Assembly: GCA_000025185.1 (NCBI GenBank)
Contig: CP001848.1
Location: forward strand, 990,001-1,022,000
Length of the DNA: 32,000 nt
Source of the DNA: Pirellula staleyi DSM 6068
Lineage (GTDB): Bacteria; Planctomycetota; Planctomycetia; Pirellulales; Pirellulaceae
Direction: 5' to 3'
Part shown: positions 17,380 through 25,163 of the stretch, one piece after another
Position numbering within the stretch: the stretch's first letter is position 1
How the letters are laid out: every line of letters begins with the position of its first letter
Position numbers and translations under genes: made by a program
Notes under the pieces: model-generated
Database searches by the model: none
Told to the model about the DNA's origin: nothing
Seen by the model: the letters and a program-made list of their open reading frames with translations, nothing else

Positions 17380-18480
17380 CTATTCGCGACCCCGATGGCT
17401 TCCGGCGAGAATCGGCAGCGACGTGAGCAAATAATAGGGACGTGGCGTCGACATCTCCATCAGCAGATGGAGCTCCGAACGACCAGCTGGCTCAGCGGCG
17501 CGGCTCATGGCAATCGCACCGACATCAAAGAGCGAGGCTGGTTTCTCGAACTCCACGACGCGGGTCTTGGCCTTGTCGAGCTTCGCGAGTTCCAGCGCGC
17601 GATCGATCGCATCTTCGATAAAGCCGATCTTGTCGACGAGCCCATGCTTGAGCGCTTGATCGGCCGAGAAAATCTCCCCTGTCGCGAGCTGATCGAGCTT
17701 GCTTTCGTCGGCCTTGAAGCCAGGTCGACCCTCTTTGATGATCGACTTGAACCGGCCAAACGACTCGTTCACATATCCTTGAATGATCTCGCGATGCTCC
17801 TGCGGAATCGGCTTGGTCATCGTCAGCATTTGCTTCCGCTCGTGGCTGGCAATGCTGTCGTCTTTGATATCGAACTTGGCCATCAATCCGCTGATGTCGT
17901 AGTGTGGAATGATCACCCCAATCGAGCCGGTCGTGGTGGTTGGCTCGGCGTAAATCACGTTCTCTTGATCACCCACCGCCATGGAAACATAGTAGCCACC
18001 GCTGGCTGCCATGCTCCCCATGCTCACCACTAAGGGAATATCGCTTTTTTCTTTTCGCAGCTTCTTCAGGTGATGCAGGATGTAGTCGCTGCCGGTCACC
18101 GTTCCGCCAGGGGAGTCGACGCGCACCACAATCGCTTTCACGTTTTCATCTTTGGCGACGCGATCGATCTGCCGCTTTACAAATCCGTCACCTTCGGCAA
18201 TCACCCCTTCGATGGAGATGATCGCGATTTTGTCGTCGCCAAACTTGTCGCCGGAGACAAATTTCTCGGTGATTCCGCCCGATGTGTCGAAATACTCCGC
18301 CATCGTCGACCACTGAGTCATCAGGATCAAAGCGCACAGAAAAAATGCTGCCCACCCCAGCCAACCGAGGAAACGGGAGAACGTTCCCTGCTGATAAACG
18401 ATAATCGGCTGCTGGGAATATTGCGGTGCGTTGGCCATGACGAGAAAGCTCCAAACGACAAAAAGGATCGAAGGGCGCAC
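17380..18480 (-). CDS. sppA: signal peptide peptidase SppA (36K type, peptidase S49)
   Basis: N-terminal TM segment, then AIVVRVDSPGGTVTGSD and VSMGSMAASGGYYVSMA, which are S49 serine-site motifs. An alternative start at ATG 18438 (MANAPQYS...) has a better SD (GGAG, 10 nt upstream). Confidence 0.9.
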   Translation of the reverse strand: MRPSILFVVWSFLVMANAPQYSQQPIIVYQQGTFSRFLGWLGWAAFFLCALILMTQWSTMAEYFDTSGGITEKFVSGDKFGDDKIAIISIEGVIAEGDGFVKRQIDRVAKDENVKAIVVRVDSPGGTVTGSDYILHHLKKLRKEKSDIPLVVSMGSMAASGGYYVSMAVGDQENVIYAEPTTTTGSIGVIIPHYDISGLMAKFDIKDDSIASHERKQMLTMTKPIPQEHREIIQGYVNESFGRFKSIIKEGRPGFKADESKLDQLATGEIFSADQALKHGLVDKIGFIEDAIDRALELAKLDKAKTRVVEFEKPASLFDVGAIAMSRAAEPAGRSELHLLMEMSTPRPYYLLTSLPILAGSHRGRE

Positions 18481-18772
18481 GACCTAACGGCCGATTGACC
18501 CCCACTCTCAGAGTGTAGCATGCACATTATTCTAGGCAGCTGGCTCTGCGCGACAATGTACAATCGCGAGGCATTCGCCCTACCAGAGGCACGACCGCGC
18601 CATTCGCCATAATCCGCAAGTCGCGCCGTTTGACACCTTCGGTCCCCGGTCTGGTGTTGCAGCAAACAGGGTGAAGCCGGTAAGCTACGCGAGAGATTAG
18701 TGGCACGCTGCTATGCCGTGACCGCTTTCAGGGACGATTTTTCGACAGGCTTACGGAAGGGAGACTCTCGCT

Positions 18773-19525
18773 GTGTTTGTGGCGGCTTCGACGGAGTGTT
18801 TTCACGATCTTTCGCTCTCGGCGGCTCTCGATCGCCTCACCGACTTGGAATACACCAACGTCGAGTTGGCTATGTTCGAGGATGGCGACCAGATGAAGCC
18901 CTCGCAGATTGCGGCCGATGTCGATGCTGCGCTGAAGATCTGTCGCAACACGCGACGGCTCGACATTGCATCGTTCGATGTGCGCATCATCACCGACACC
19001 AAGGCCGAGCACTACAACCAGTTCGAGGCGATCTGCCGACTGGCCAAAGCTGCCAAGGTAGTCACCATTTCGGTCCCCAGCGGAGAGCTTGGCACCCCGT
19101 TTAACGAAGAGGTCGAGCACCTCCGTAAACTGGTCGACATTGCCACCCAGCATGGTGTGCGGGTCGGCATGAAGAGCCAGATCGGACGCCTGTCGGAAGA
19201 TCCCGATACCGTGGCTGTCCTGTGCGACAACTGCAAAGGGCTCGGACTCACCTACGACCCCAGCCAATACATTTTTGGCCCCGCTTACGGCCGCAACACC
19301 GACAAGCTCATCAAGTACGTCTATCACACCCACCTGCGCGACACCAATCGCAAAGCACTGCAAGTGCGCGTCGGCCAAGGTGAAATCGAGTACGGCCGGA
19401 TCGTTACGCTGCTGCAAAAAGCAAAGTACAACCGGGCCCTCTGCGTGAACATCACCGAAATGGCCGATGTCGACCACGTCGGCGAACTTCGCAAGATGCG
19501 CCTCCTGCTCGAGAGCTTGCTATAA
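18773..19525 (+). CDS. sugar phosphate isomerase/epimerase (xylose isomerase-like TIM barrel) family protein
   Basis: 250 aa with a GTG start preceded by GGGAGA. MFVAASTECFHDLSLSAALDRLTDLEYTNVELAMFEDG is a typical AP-endonuclease-2/TIM-barrel N-terminus, and the length fits the family. Confidence 0.7.
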   Translation: MFVAASTECFHDLSLSAALDRLTDLEYTNVELAMFEDGDQMKPSQIAADVDAALKICRNTRRLDIASFDVRIITDTKAEHYNQFEAICRLAKAAKVVTISVPSGELGTPFNEEVEHLRKLVDIATQHGVRVGMKSQIGRLSEDPDTVAVLCDNCKGLGLTYDPSQYIFGPAYGRNTDKLIKYVYHTHLRDTNRKALQVRVGQGEIEYGRIVTLLQKAKYNRALCVNITEMADVDHVGELRKMRLLLESLL

Positions 19526-19530
19526 CTGCC

Positions 19531-19591
19531 ACGCAGACGCAGCCACCTCGCAGCTCACTCGCTCCTTGCAGCTACGCAGGCGCTCCTTGCA
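19531..19591. repeat. cluster of short direct repeats in a convergent 3' spacer
   Basis: CGCTCCTTGCA occurs twice (19560-19570 and 19581-19591, a 21-bp period). ACGCAG occurs three times (19531-19542 in tandem, plus 19574-19579). GCAGCT occurs twice. All lie within the 83-bp spacer between two convergent stop codons. Confidence 0.5.
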
Positions 19592-19608
19592 CTCTGCCGT
19601 GAGCTATT

Positions 19609-20709
19609 TCACTTCGCCTGCAGCTCGCTCAGTTTGAGGCGCTGCTGCAGGACGACTTGCCCCGAGGCTTCGCGAATTTGCAAGCGAAGCGTGGGATCGG
19701 CCTCTGACCAGTCGATTTGCACCGCGCCGAAGTTGATATCAAAGTAGGTGAGACCGACGCGATAGCGGTTCAGCTCGTTGGCAAACCGGACTCCCGATTT
19801 CGTCATGTTGCCGCTCGGCGCGTTGAGACTCGTGCTGGTGATATCAATCAGCGGATAGCCAACCCCCAGCGGATCATCAGCTGCCAGGCGCGAGATCTCC
19901 GAGAGATGCCGGTCGCCACTCAGCAGCACCACACCGCTGGCGCGCGTGTCGCGAATCAGCCGAAACAGCCGCTCGCGTTCTTTCGGAAAATTGCCCCACG
20001 TTTCCCAGCCGTTTTCGTAGGCAATCACCTGCACTCCCGAGCCGATGATGCGAACTTCGGCTGGCTTGCGAAGCTGCTCCTCGAGCCACTTCCACTGCGC
20101 GGGGCCGAGCATGGTGGCCCCTTCATCGGTGTTTTCGGCATAGATGCCGCGGTACCCTTCCCCGGGCTCAGCCGACTTGGTGCTGCGCTTCAGCGGGCTG
20201 CGGTGATAGCGCGCGTCGAGCAGAATGATCTGCACCCGTTTTCCTTCGGGGCCGAAGATGCGCGCCGAGTAAACCCCTTCCTGCTGGCGCCGCGCGTCGT
20301 CCTGGGGGACCTCGAAAAAGTCGAGAAAGATCTGCTGCGACTCGCGCCGCAGTGGATAGTCGGCCCCGGCATCGTTCCGCCCATAATCGTGATCGTCCCA
20401 CGTTGCCAAGATCGGGCAGGTCGCTTTGAGTTTCTGATACCCGGGCTGCGCCCCGAGCTGCTCCCACTTCGCCTTCAGCACCTGCATGTCGTCGGTATCG
20501 CCGTAGATGTTATCCCCCAAAAACAGAAACGCTTCGGGCTGCATCTCGACCACCGCCTCCCAAATCGGCTGCGGCTTATCTTGCTTCGCACAGGCACCAA
20601 ACGCGATGCGCGAAAGCGCTGGCTCCTCTCCCCTGGCATTCGATGTTGCCAGCAGCAAACAGGCGAGCGCCACGAACCACCGGCTACAGTTGCAGGAATC
20701 AAGCAGCAT
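19609..20709 (-). CDS. PhoD-like metallophosphatase, Sec-type signal peptide (second PhoD-family paralog in the window)
   Basis: The signal-like N-terminus MLLDSCNCSRWFVALACLLLATSNARGEE has no RR motif. Metallophosphatase motifs: FLFLGDNIYGD, WDDHDYGRNDAG, VLLSGDRHLSE. Confidence 0.85.
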   Translation of the reverse strand: MLLDSCNCSRWFVALACLLLATSNARGEEPALSRIAFGACAKQDKPQPIWEAVVEMQPEAFLFLGDNIYGDTDDMQVLKAKWEQLGAQPGYQKLKATCPILATWDDHDYGRNDAGADYPLRRESQQIFLDFFEVPQDDARRQQEGVYSARIFGPEGKRVQIILLDARYHRSPLKRSTKSAEPGEGYRGIYAENTDEGATMLGPAQWKWLEEQLRKPAEVRIIGSGVQVIAYENGWETWGNFPKERERLFRLIRDTRASGVVLLSGDRHLSEISRLAADDPLGVGYPLIDITSTSLNAPSGNMTKSGVRFANELNRYRVGLTYFDINFGAVQIDWSEADPTLRLQIREASGQVVLQQRLKLSELQAK

Positions 20710-20793
20710 CGAAAACCTCGCTACAAACCATGCGGATGACGGATTTTTATCAATTCAGGAAAGGCGTTTGCTGAATCGTTCGCAGTTCAAAAT

Positions 20794-22665
20794 TTACTTC
20801 AAGAACTCGCTCGTGACACGTTCGCGTTCGCGGTCAATCTGTTCGGGAGTAGCGCCAAGTCGACGCAAAATCGCCATGGTCATCGCCATCGCCACTTCCC
20901 CTTCGCCCGAGAAAACCTCCTCGGCCCCCGCGTGACGAAGCTTCGGAAGCTCGCGCACATACTGCGATCGAGCCAAGATCCGAATCTTGGGATTCAGCTC
21001 CTTCGCGCGGCGAATAATCTCTTCGTCGGTTTGACTCGTTCCCGAGCTGAGAATCAAGTTCTCTGCCTCGGCAATGCCCGCTTCAACCAGCACATCTGGC
21101 CGGCTGGCATCGCCATAAATCGCGGCGACGTCAAAGGTCTTAATGCGCCGCACGGTTTCGTGATTCAGTTCGATCACGGTCGGAGTAATGCCGTTGTCGA
21201 GCAGCAGCTGTGTCACCGTTTTTCCAACTGGACCATACCCCACCACAATCGCGCGATGCCGTGGCGACTCTTCGGAATCTTCCTCTTGGTCCGGCTTGGC
21301 CACCGGTTGCTGCGCCGGTGTTTTCCTCCAGCTCAACAGCCACTGATCAATCGGGCCAACCATCCGGTAGAGGAGCGGATTCAAGGTGATCGAGACAATC
21401 GCCGCCGCGACGAGGGTGTTGATCACTTCGTCGGCCATCACGTCGGGCACGATCTTCAGTTGCTTGCCCAGCGTCGCGAGTATGAACGAGAATTCCCCAA
21501 TCTGCGCCAGGGCAATCGAGACCGACAGCGCCACTTTGAGTGGATAACGCATCAGCAGCACGATCAGCATGGCGGAGGCCGGTTTGGCAACGAGCACAAT
21601 CGCAAGCGTGCAAAGAATCACCATCGGCGACTCGAGCAATTGCCGTGGATCGAGCAGCATGCCGACCGAGACGAAAAACAGAACCGCGAACGCATCGCGC
21701 ATCGGCAAAGCTTCCGAAGCAGCGCGCAAACTGAATTCGCTCCGTCCCACAATCATGCCGGCGAGAAAAGCTCCGAGCGCCATCGACACGCCAAACACGG
21801 TCGCCGAGCCGACGGCGATCCCCAGCGCTATGACAAGCACCGTGAGGGTGAAGAGCTCGCGCGAACGGGTTGAGGCGACTCGATCGAGCAGCCACGGCAC
21901 GAGGCGCCCTCCCACCACAAACACCACCGCCACCAGCGTCCCCATTTTCACGAGCGCAAGGCCGAGCGCAATCGCCACGCCCCACCCTCCTTGCGCGTCG
22001 TTTCCAAACAGCGAAGGGAGCAGCACGAGCGCCACGACGGTCAGCAAATCTTCGACCACCAGCCAGCCGACGGCGACATGTCCCACGCGCGTATGGAGCG
22101 CTCGGTTGTCGGACAGAACCCGCACCAGCACCACCGTACTGGCGACCGAGATCGCTCCCCCAAAGACGAACGAGATCGACCAGTCCCAGCCAAACAAACG
22201 TCCCGCTAGCGCTCCGAGCACCGTCGCGGTGATGCTTTGCACCAGCGCGCCAGGGACAGCGACACTGCGAACCGCCAGCAGTTCTTTGAGATGGAAATGC
22301 AGACCGACACCAAACATCAGCAGAATCACACCGATTTCGGCCATCTGCTCGGCAAGATGTAGATCGGCCTCGAAACCGGGCGTATGCGGGCCGACCGCAA
22401 TCCCGGCCAGCAGGTAGCCGACGATCGGAGAGAGCTGCAGCTGCTGCGTGATGTAACCCAGCACGAGCGCGGCAGCCAAGCCACCGGTAAGGGTCAGGAT
22501 CAAGTCGATATTCGGCTGTCCACCTCGGTGCGGCTGAGGCTCCGCCTCGTGTGGCTGCGCATCGTTTGCGACTGGGTGCGGGTTTGCTGCACGCACATCA
22601 GCCGCCGCAGGCGCAGCATCTGCCATCCACCCCAATAGCGCCAACATCAGTACAAAAAAATGCAA
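20794..22665 (-). CDS. CPA2-family cation:proton antiporter with C-terminal RCK/TrkA-N domain (KefB/YbaL-like)
   Basis: 623 aa. SPIVGYLLAGIAVGPHTPGF is the typical first-helix motif of Kef/YbaL, followed by multiple TM helices. The C-terminal Rossmann region is RAIVVGYGPVGKTVTQLLLDNGITPTVIELN. About 55 aa at the N-terminus form an extension (see findings). Confidence 0.9.
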   Translation of the reverse strand: MHFFVLMLALLGWMADAAPAAADVRAANPHPVANDAQPHEAEPQPHRGGQPNIDLILTLTGGLAAALVLGYITQQLQLSPIVGYLLAGIAVGPHTPGFEADLHLAEQMAEIGVILLMFGVGLHFHLKELLAVRSVAVPGALVQSITATVLGALAGRLFGWDWSISFVFGGAISVASTVVLVRVLSDNRALHTRVGHVAVGWLVVEDLLTVVALVLLPSLFGNDAQGGWGVAIALGLALVKMGTLVAVVFVVGGRLVPWLLDRVASTRSRELFTLTVLVIALGIAVGSATVFGVSMALGAFLAGMIVGRSEFSLRAASEALPMRDAFAVLFFVSVGMLLDPRQLLESPMVILCTLAIVLVAKPASAMLIVLLMRYPLKVALSVSIALAQIGEFSFILATLGKQLKIVPDVMADEVINTLVAAAIVSITLNPLLYRMVGPIDQWLLSWRKTPAQQPVAKPDQEEDSEESPRHRAIVVGYGPVGKTVTQLLLDNGITPTVIELNHETVRRIKTFDVAAIYGDASRPDVLVEAGIAEAENLILSSGTSQTDEEIIRRAKELNPKIRILARSQYVRELPKLRHAGAEEVFSGEGEVAMAMTMAILRRLGATPEQIDRERERVTSEFLK

Positions 22666-22807
22666 TCGATCATCCTCGCGCTGCGGGTTGTCGTGAGATG
22701 CTCCTCAGAGGTGTTAGGTCATTATGCCTACCAGCCCTGATGCGCCTACCCGACGCCCGAACGTCGCTCTGCGCGATGGTGTGGGATGAAGCTAGTCAAG
22801 AAAGAGA

Positions 22808-22839
22808 GTAAGGCCGACAACATGACTTGCCGGCCTTAC
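22808..22839 (-). terminator. intrinsic terminator-like hairpin downstream of the stress cluster
   Basis: GTAAGGCCG (22808-22816) pairs perfectly with CGGCCTTAC (22831-22839), and CAA/TTG add 3 inner bp. The hairpin lies 31 nt past the DUF892 stop. On the minus strand it is followed by UCUCUUUCUUG. Confidence 0.6.
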
Positions 22840-22870
22840 GGGAGAGAGCTGCGAAGATCACGCGGCGACG

Positions 22871-23377
22871 TTACTCGTTCGCGACAGGGTCGACCGCTTC
22901 GACATTGATCGTCGTCTCGGCGAGCGTAGTGAGATGCTTATCGGCGGCCCCTTCTTCGTCGAGAGTCGCTTGCAGTGCATCGGCTGCCTCATCGTAGCCC
23001 AGCAGCCGCGCGAAAGTCCGCACGCAACCATAGCCGGCCATTTCGTAATGCTCGACACGCTGTGCCGAGGCAATCAGCGCCGCGTCCATCACCGAAGGGT
23101 CGGCGCTTTCCGCCATCGTCTCTTTGGCTTCGGCAAGCAAACCTTCCATCGCCCGGCAAGTCTTCCCACGCGGACTGACGTCAAGCTTCTTGAAAATCGC
23201 TTCGAGACGAACCACCTGACCCTTGGTCTCTTCGAGGTGGTTGGTAAACGCGCTCGTCAATTCGGGGGTCGACGCTGCCTTGGCCATCTTGGGGAGCGCC
23301 TTGAGCAGTTGCCCCTCCGCGCTATACAGGTCTTTAAGTTCTTCGACATAAAGGTCGTGGAGTGTCGCTAGTTTCAT
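22871..23377 (-). CDS. DUF892 / YciE-like ferritin-like stress protein
   Basis: From track ORF 22871..23446. The ATG at 23377 gives MKLATLHDLYVEELKDLYSAEGQLLKALPKMAKAASTPELTSAFTNHLEETKGQVVRLEAIF, the characteristic YciE/DUF892 N-terminus. AGAGG lies 10 nt upstream. Confidence 0.85.
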   Translation of the reverse strand: MKLATLHDLYVEELKDLYSAEGQLLKALPKMAKAASTPELTSAFTNHLEETKGQVVRLEAIFKKLDVSPRGKTCRAMEGLLAEAKETMAESADPSVMDAALIASAQRVEHYEMAGYGCVRTFARLLGYDEAADALQATLDEEGAADKHLTTLAETTINVEAVDPVANE

Positions 23378-23470
23378 AATTGTTCTACCTCTTCGTGGAA
23401 ATATTTTGGGGAGGGGGGATGATCCGCTTGCCATCCATGGACTCAAGCCGATCGCAGAGCCGAGGGACCA

Positions 23471-24022
23471 CTACATCCGGGTCCGCTCGCTCGAAACTTC
23501 AGAAACTGCAAGCTCGCCAGCGGTCGAGATATCCTCGGCCCCTGCAGCCTGGAAGATCTTTTTAGCGCGAGCAGTCTGCTCATCGGAGCTCGAATGGACC
23601 GAGACGAGCGTGCTTCCCGCCTTCAGTTTTCCTTCGTACTTTTTGGCTTCGTATTCAGGCACACCCATGCCGACGAGGGCACCGGTGACCGTTCCGACCA
23701 CACCACCAATGGCTGCGCCACCGAGTGCAGCCATGATCGGTCCCGCAGCAATAAACGGCCCGATCCCTGGAATCGCGAGCGCTCCGATGCCGGCTAAAAG
23801 GCCGATCGTTCCGCCAATGGCGAACCCTGTTCCATAGCCGGTAACAGCTCCCTCGGGAGCCTTCGTGCTGTTCTGAATCGAGAGATCGGTAGCGCCTCGT
23901 TTGTCCGAGACGAGCACCGAGATATCGTCATCGGTAAACCCCGAAGCCTTGAGGCTCCGAATAATCGAGTCGGCTTGGGTTTCTGTCGCTGTGCAAATAA
24001 CGGCGAGTGTCATAACATTCAT
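23471..24022 (-). CDS. general stress protein, YflT/GSP17M-like N-terminal domain plus glycine-zipper membrane segment
   Basis: From track ORF 23471..24199. The real start is ATG 24022 or 24013 (MNVMTLAVICTATETQADSIIRSLKASGFTDDDISVLVSDK), with AAGGA upstream. The central segment is Gly-rich and hydrophobic (GYGTGFAIGGTIGLLAGIGALAIPGIGPFIAAGPIMAALGGAAIGGVVGTVTGALVGMG). The C-terminal region VPEYEAKKYEGKLKAGSTLVSVH is typical of these stress proteins. The family name is from memory. Confidence 0.65.
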   Translation of the reverse strand: MNVMTLAVICTATETQADSIIRSLKASGFTDDDISVLVSDKRGATDLSIQNSTKAPEGAVTGYGTGFAIGGTIGLLAGIGALAIPGIGPFIAAGPIMAALGGAAIGGVVGTVTGALVGMGVPEYEAKKYEGKLKAGSTLVSVHSSSDEQTARAKKIFQAAGAEDISTAGELAVSEVSSERTRM

Positions 24023-24080
24023 TCCTTGATTCGTGAAATTCGATCTACAAGACAGGCATACAAAAAATTCGATTTTGTGA

Positions 24081-24209
24081 TTAACGTCCCAGCATCTTGG
24101 CCAGGAAGAAAATGACGACCGCCCCAAACAGCCCTCCACCTGCGAGCAGGTAGACCAGGGAATAGCTGATGGCGGCCAAAGGTAAAACAACCAGCGCAAT
24201 GAGGTCCAT
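24081..24209 (-). CDS. unannotated 42-aa hydrophobic peptide (small membrane protein)
   Basis: My own translation gives MDLIALVVLPLAAISYSLVYLLAGGGLFGAVVIFFLAKMLGR*. The ATG at 24209-24207 is preceded by GGAG with a 7-nt spacer (GGAGATCCTTGATG). It sits between csbD and the glycine-zipper gene on the same strand and is below the 60-aa ORF-track threshold. Confidence 0.5.
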   Translation of the reverse strand: MDLIALVVLPLAAISYSLVYLLAGGGLFGAVVIFFLAKMLGR

Positions 24210-24301
24210 CAAGGATCTCCTTGGGTAAGTGAGCTGTGCTCAAACAGAGTTCAAAGAAATATGAATAGGCCAGGCCTCAAAGCTTAGCCCTCACGGCGGC
24301 C

Positions 24302-24547
24302 CTAAGACCGGAAAAAACTGCTCTTGGGACGTTCAATCCCAGGCGAGCTGTTCAGCTCATCGCTGAACTCATCGAGCGCTTGATCGGCTTGCTGTTTGGC
24401 ATAGCCATAACGCTCTTGCAGCAGCCCGGCGAGCTGTTCGCGCTTCCCAGCTGCCGCGAGGATCTCGCTGTCGGTGAGCAGTCCCCACTTTTCCTTCACG
24501 CGACCTGCCATTTGCTTCCAGTTACCTTCGATTTGATCCCAGTTCAT
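24302..24547 (-). CDS. csbD: CsbD-family general stress protein
   Basis: From track ORF 24302..24709. The ATG at 24547 gives MNWDQIEGNWKQMAGRVKEKWGLLTDSEILAAAGKREQLAGLLQERYGYAKQQADQALDEF, a near-consensus CsbD domain. AAGGAG lies 9 nt upstream of the ATG. Confidence 0.9.
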   Translation of the reverse strand: MNWDQIEGNWKQMAGRVKEKWGLLTDSEILAAAGKREQLAGLLQERYGYAKQQADQALDEFSDELNSSPGIERPKSSFFRS

Positions 24548-24710
24548 AGCTGCTGCTCCTTGACCGAACCGCTGACCAGACCTGCCCTTGGATTCAAAAA
24601 GCAAGCTGCATCGGCGATGGTTAAATGGTCGATTGATTGATGTGTAGATAGATGGATTTAAGGGAGGATCAGTCGGCCAATCATGGTTCGTGGCAATCGA
24701 TGCGCGCACG

Positions 24711-24760
24711 AAAAAACCGATGTGACAAAGCTCCTTATTCAGGCAGCTTCACCACATCGG
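24711..24760 (-). terminator. Rho-independent terminator (minus strand) with no coding gene upstream of it
   Basis: The minus strand reads CCGAUGUG-GUG-AAGCU[GCCUGAAUAAGG]AGCUU-UGU-CACAUCGG followed by UUUUUU (24716-24711). This gives 8+5 bp of stem around a 3x3 internal loop, with a 12-nt apical loop. Confidence 0.7.
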
Positions 24761-24881
24761 TCTACTCGTTAACAAGCCCCCTGGGATGAGCAGGTTGCTT
24801 TTTATCTAGTCAGCCGAATCGTTTGGAAAACGATAATTGATCATGAATACGACCACTAAAGCCTGGGGCCTCGATGATCGT
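24711..24881 (-). ncRNA. candidate ~170-nt small RNA, or terminated 5' leader of csbD
   Basis: Bounded by a sigma70-like promoter (see next feature) and the terminator at 24711-24760. It contains an internal 7-bp hairpin (24818-24834, AUCGUUU-UCC-AAACGAU). The longest ATG- or GTG-initiated ORFs I found are 12-16 codons, and none has an SD. The local sequence is AT-richer than the window. No Rfam family recognised. Confidence 0.3.
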
Positions 24882-24887
24882 GCTCGT

Positions 24888-24915
24888 ATTATACGGTCCC
24901 CGGGTCGCGAGTAAA
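24888..24915 (-). promoter_or_regulatory. sigma70-like promoter candidate (TTTACT-16 nt-TATAAT) on the minus strand
   Basis: The minus strand reads CTTCC TTTACT CGCGACCCGGGGACCG TATAAT ACGAGCA. The -10 box is perfect (24893-24888) and the -35 box matches 4 of 6 (24915-24910) across a 16-nt spacer. Planctomycete promoter consensus is not well defined, so this is tentative. Confidence 0.3.
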
Positions 24916-25163
24916 GGAAGATAATCGGCGCGAAGCTATTGCGGCCCCGGAGTGCGGCATCCATTTCGTCGCCGATACTGGTCTATTAGCTGCAAAACTC
25001 AGGGCTCACAAACTGGTTTCCGCGAGTTCGGTGCGGCTGATATTAATTTTTTAGTCGTAAAACTGGACTCGGCAGTCCTAAGGCTTTAGATTCTCTCGCA
25101 ACTGCTGAAAATCGAGCGGCGTCGCGTTTGCAATCTACTCCAACCCAGCCTTTTGTGAGAATC

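Noticed and set aside
24019-24243. A 74-aa track ORF on the minus strand in the stress cluster.
   Set aside because: The composition is Arg/Gly/Cys-rich. It overlaps the start of the glycine-zipper gene and has no SD. The alternative 42-aa frame (24081..24209) has an SD and a coherent membrane-peptide sequence.
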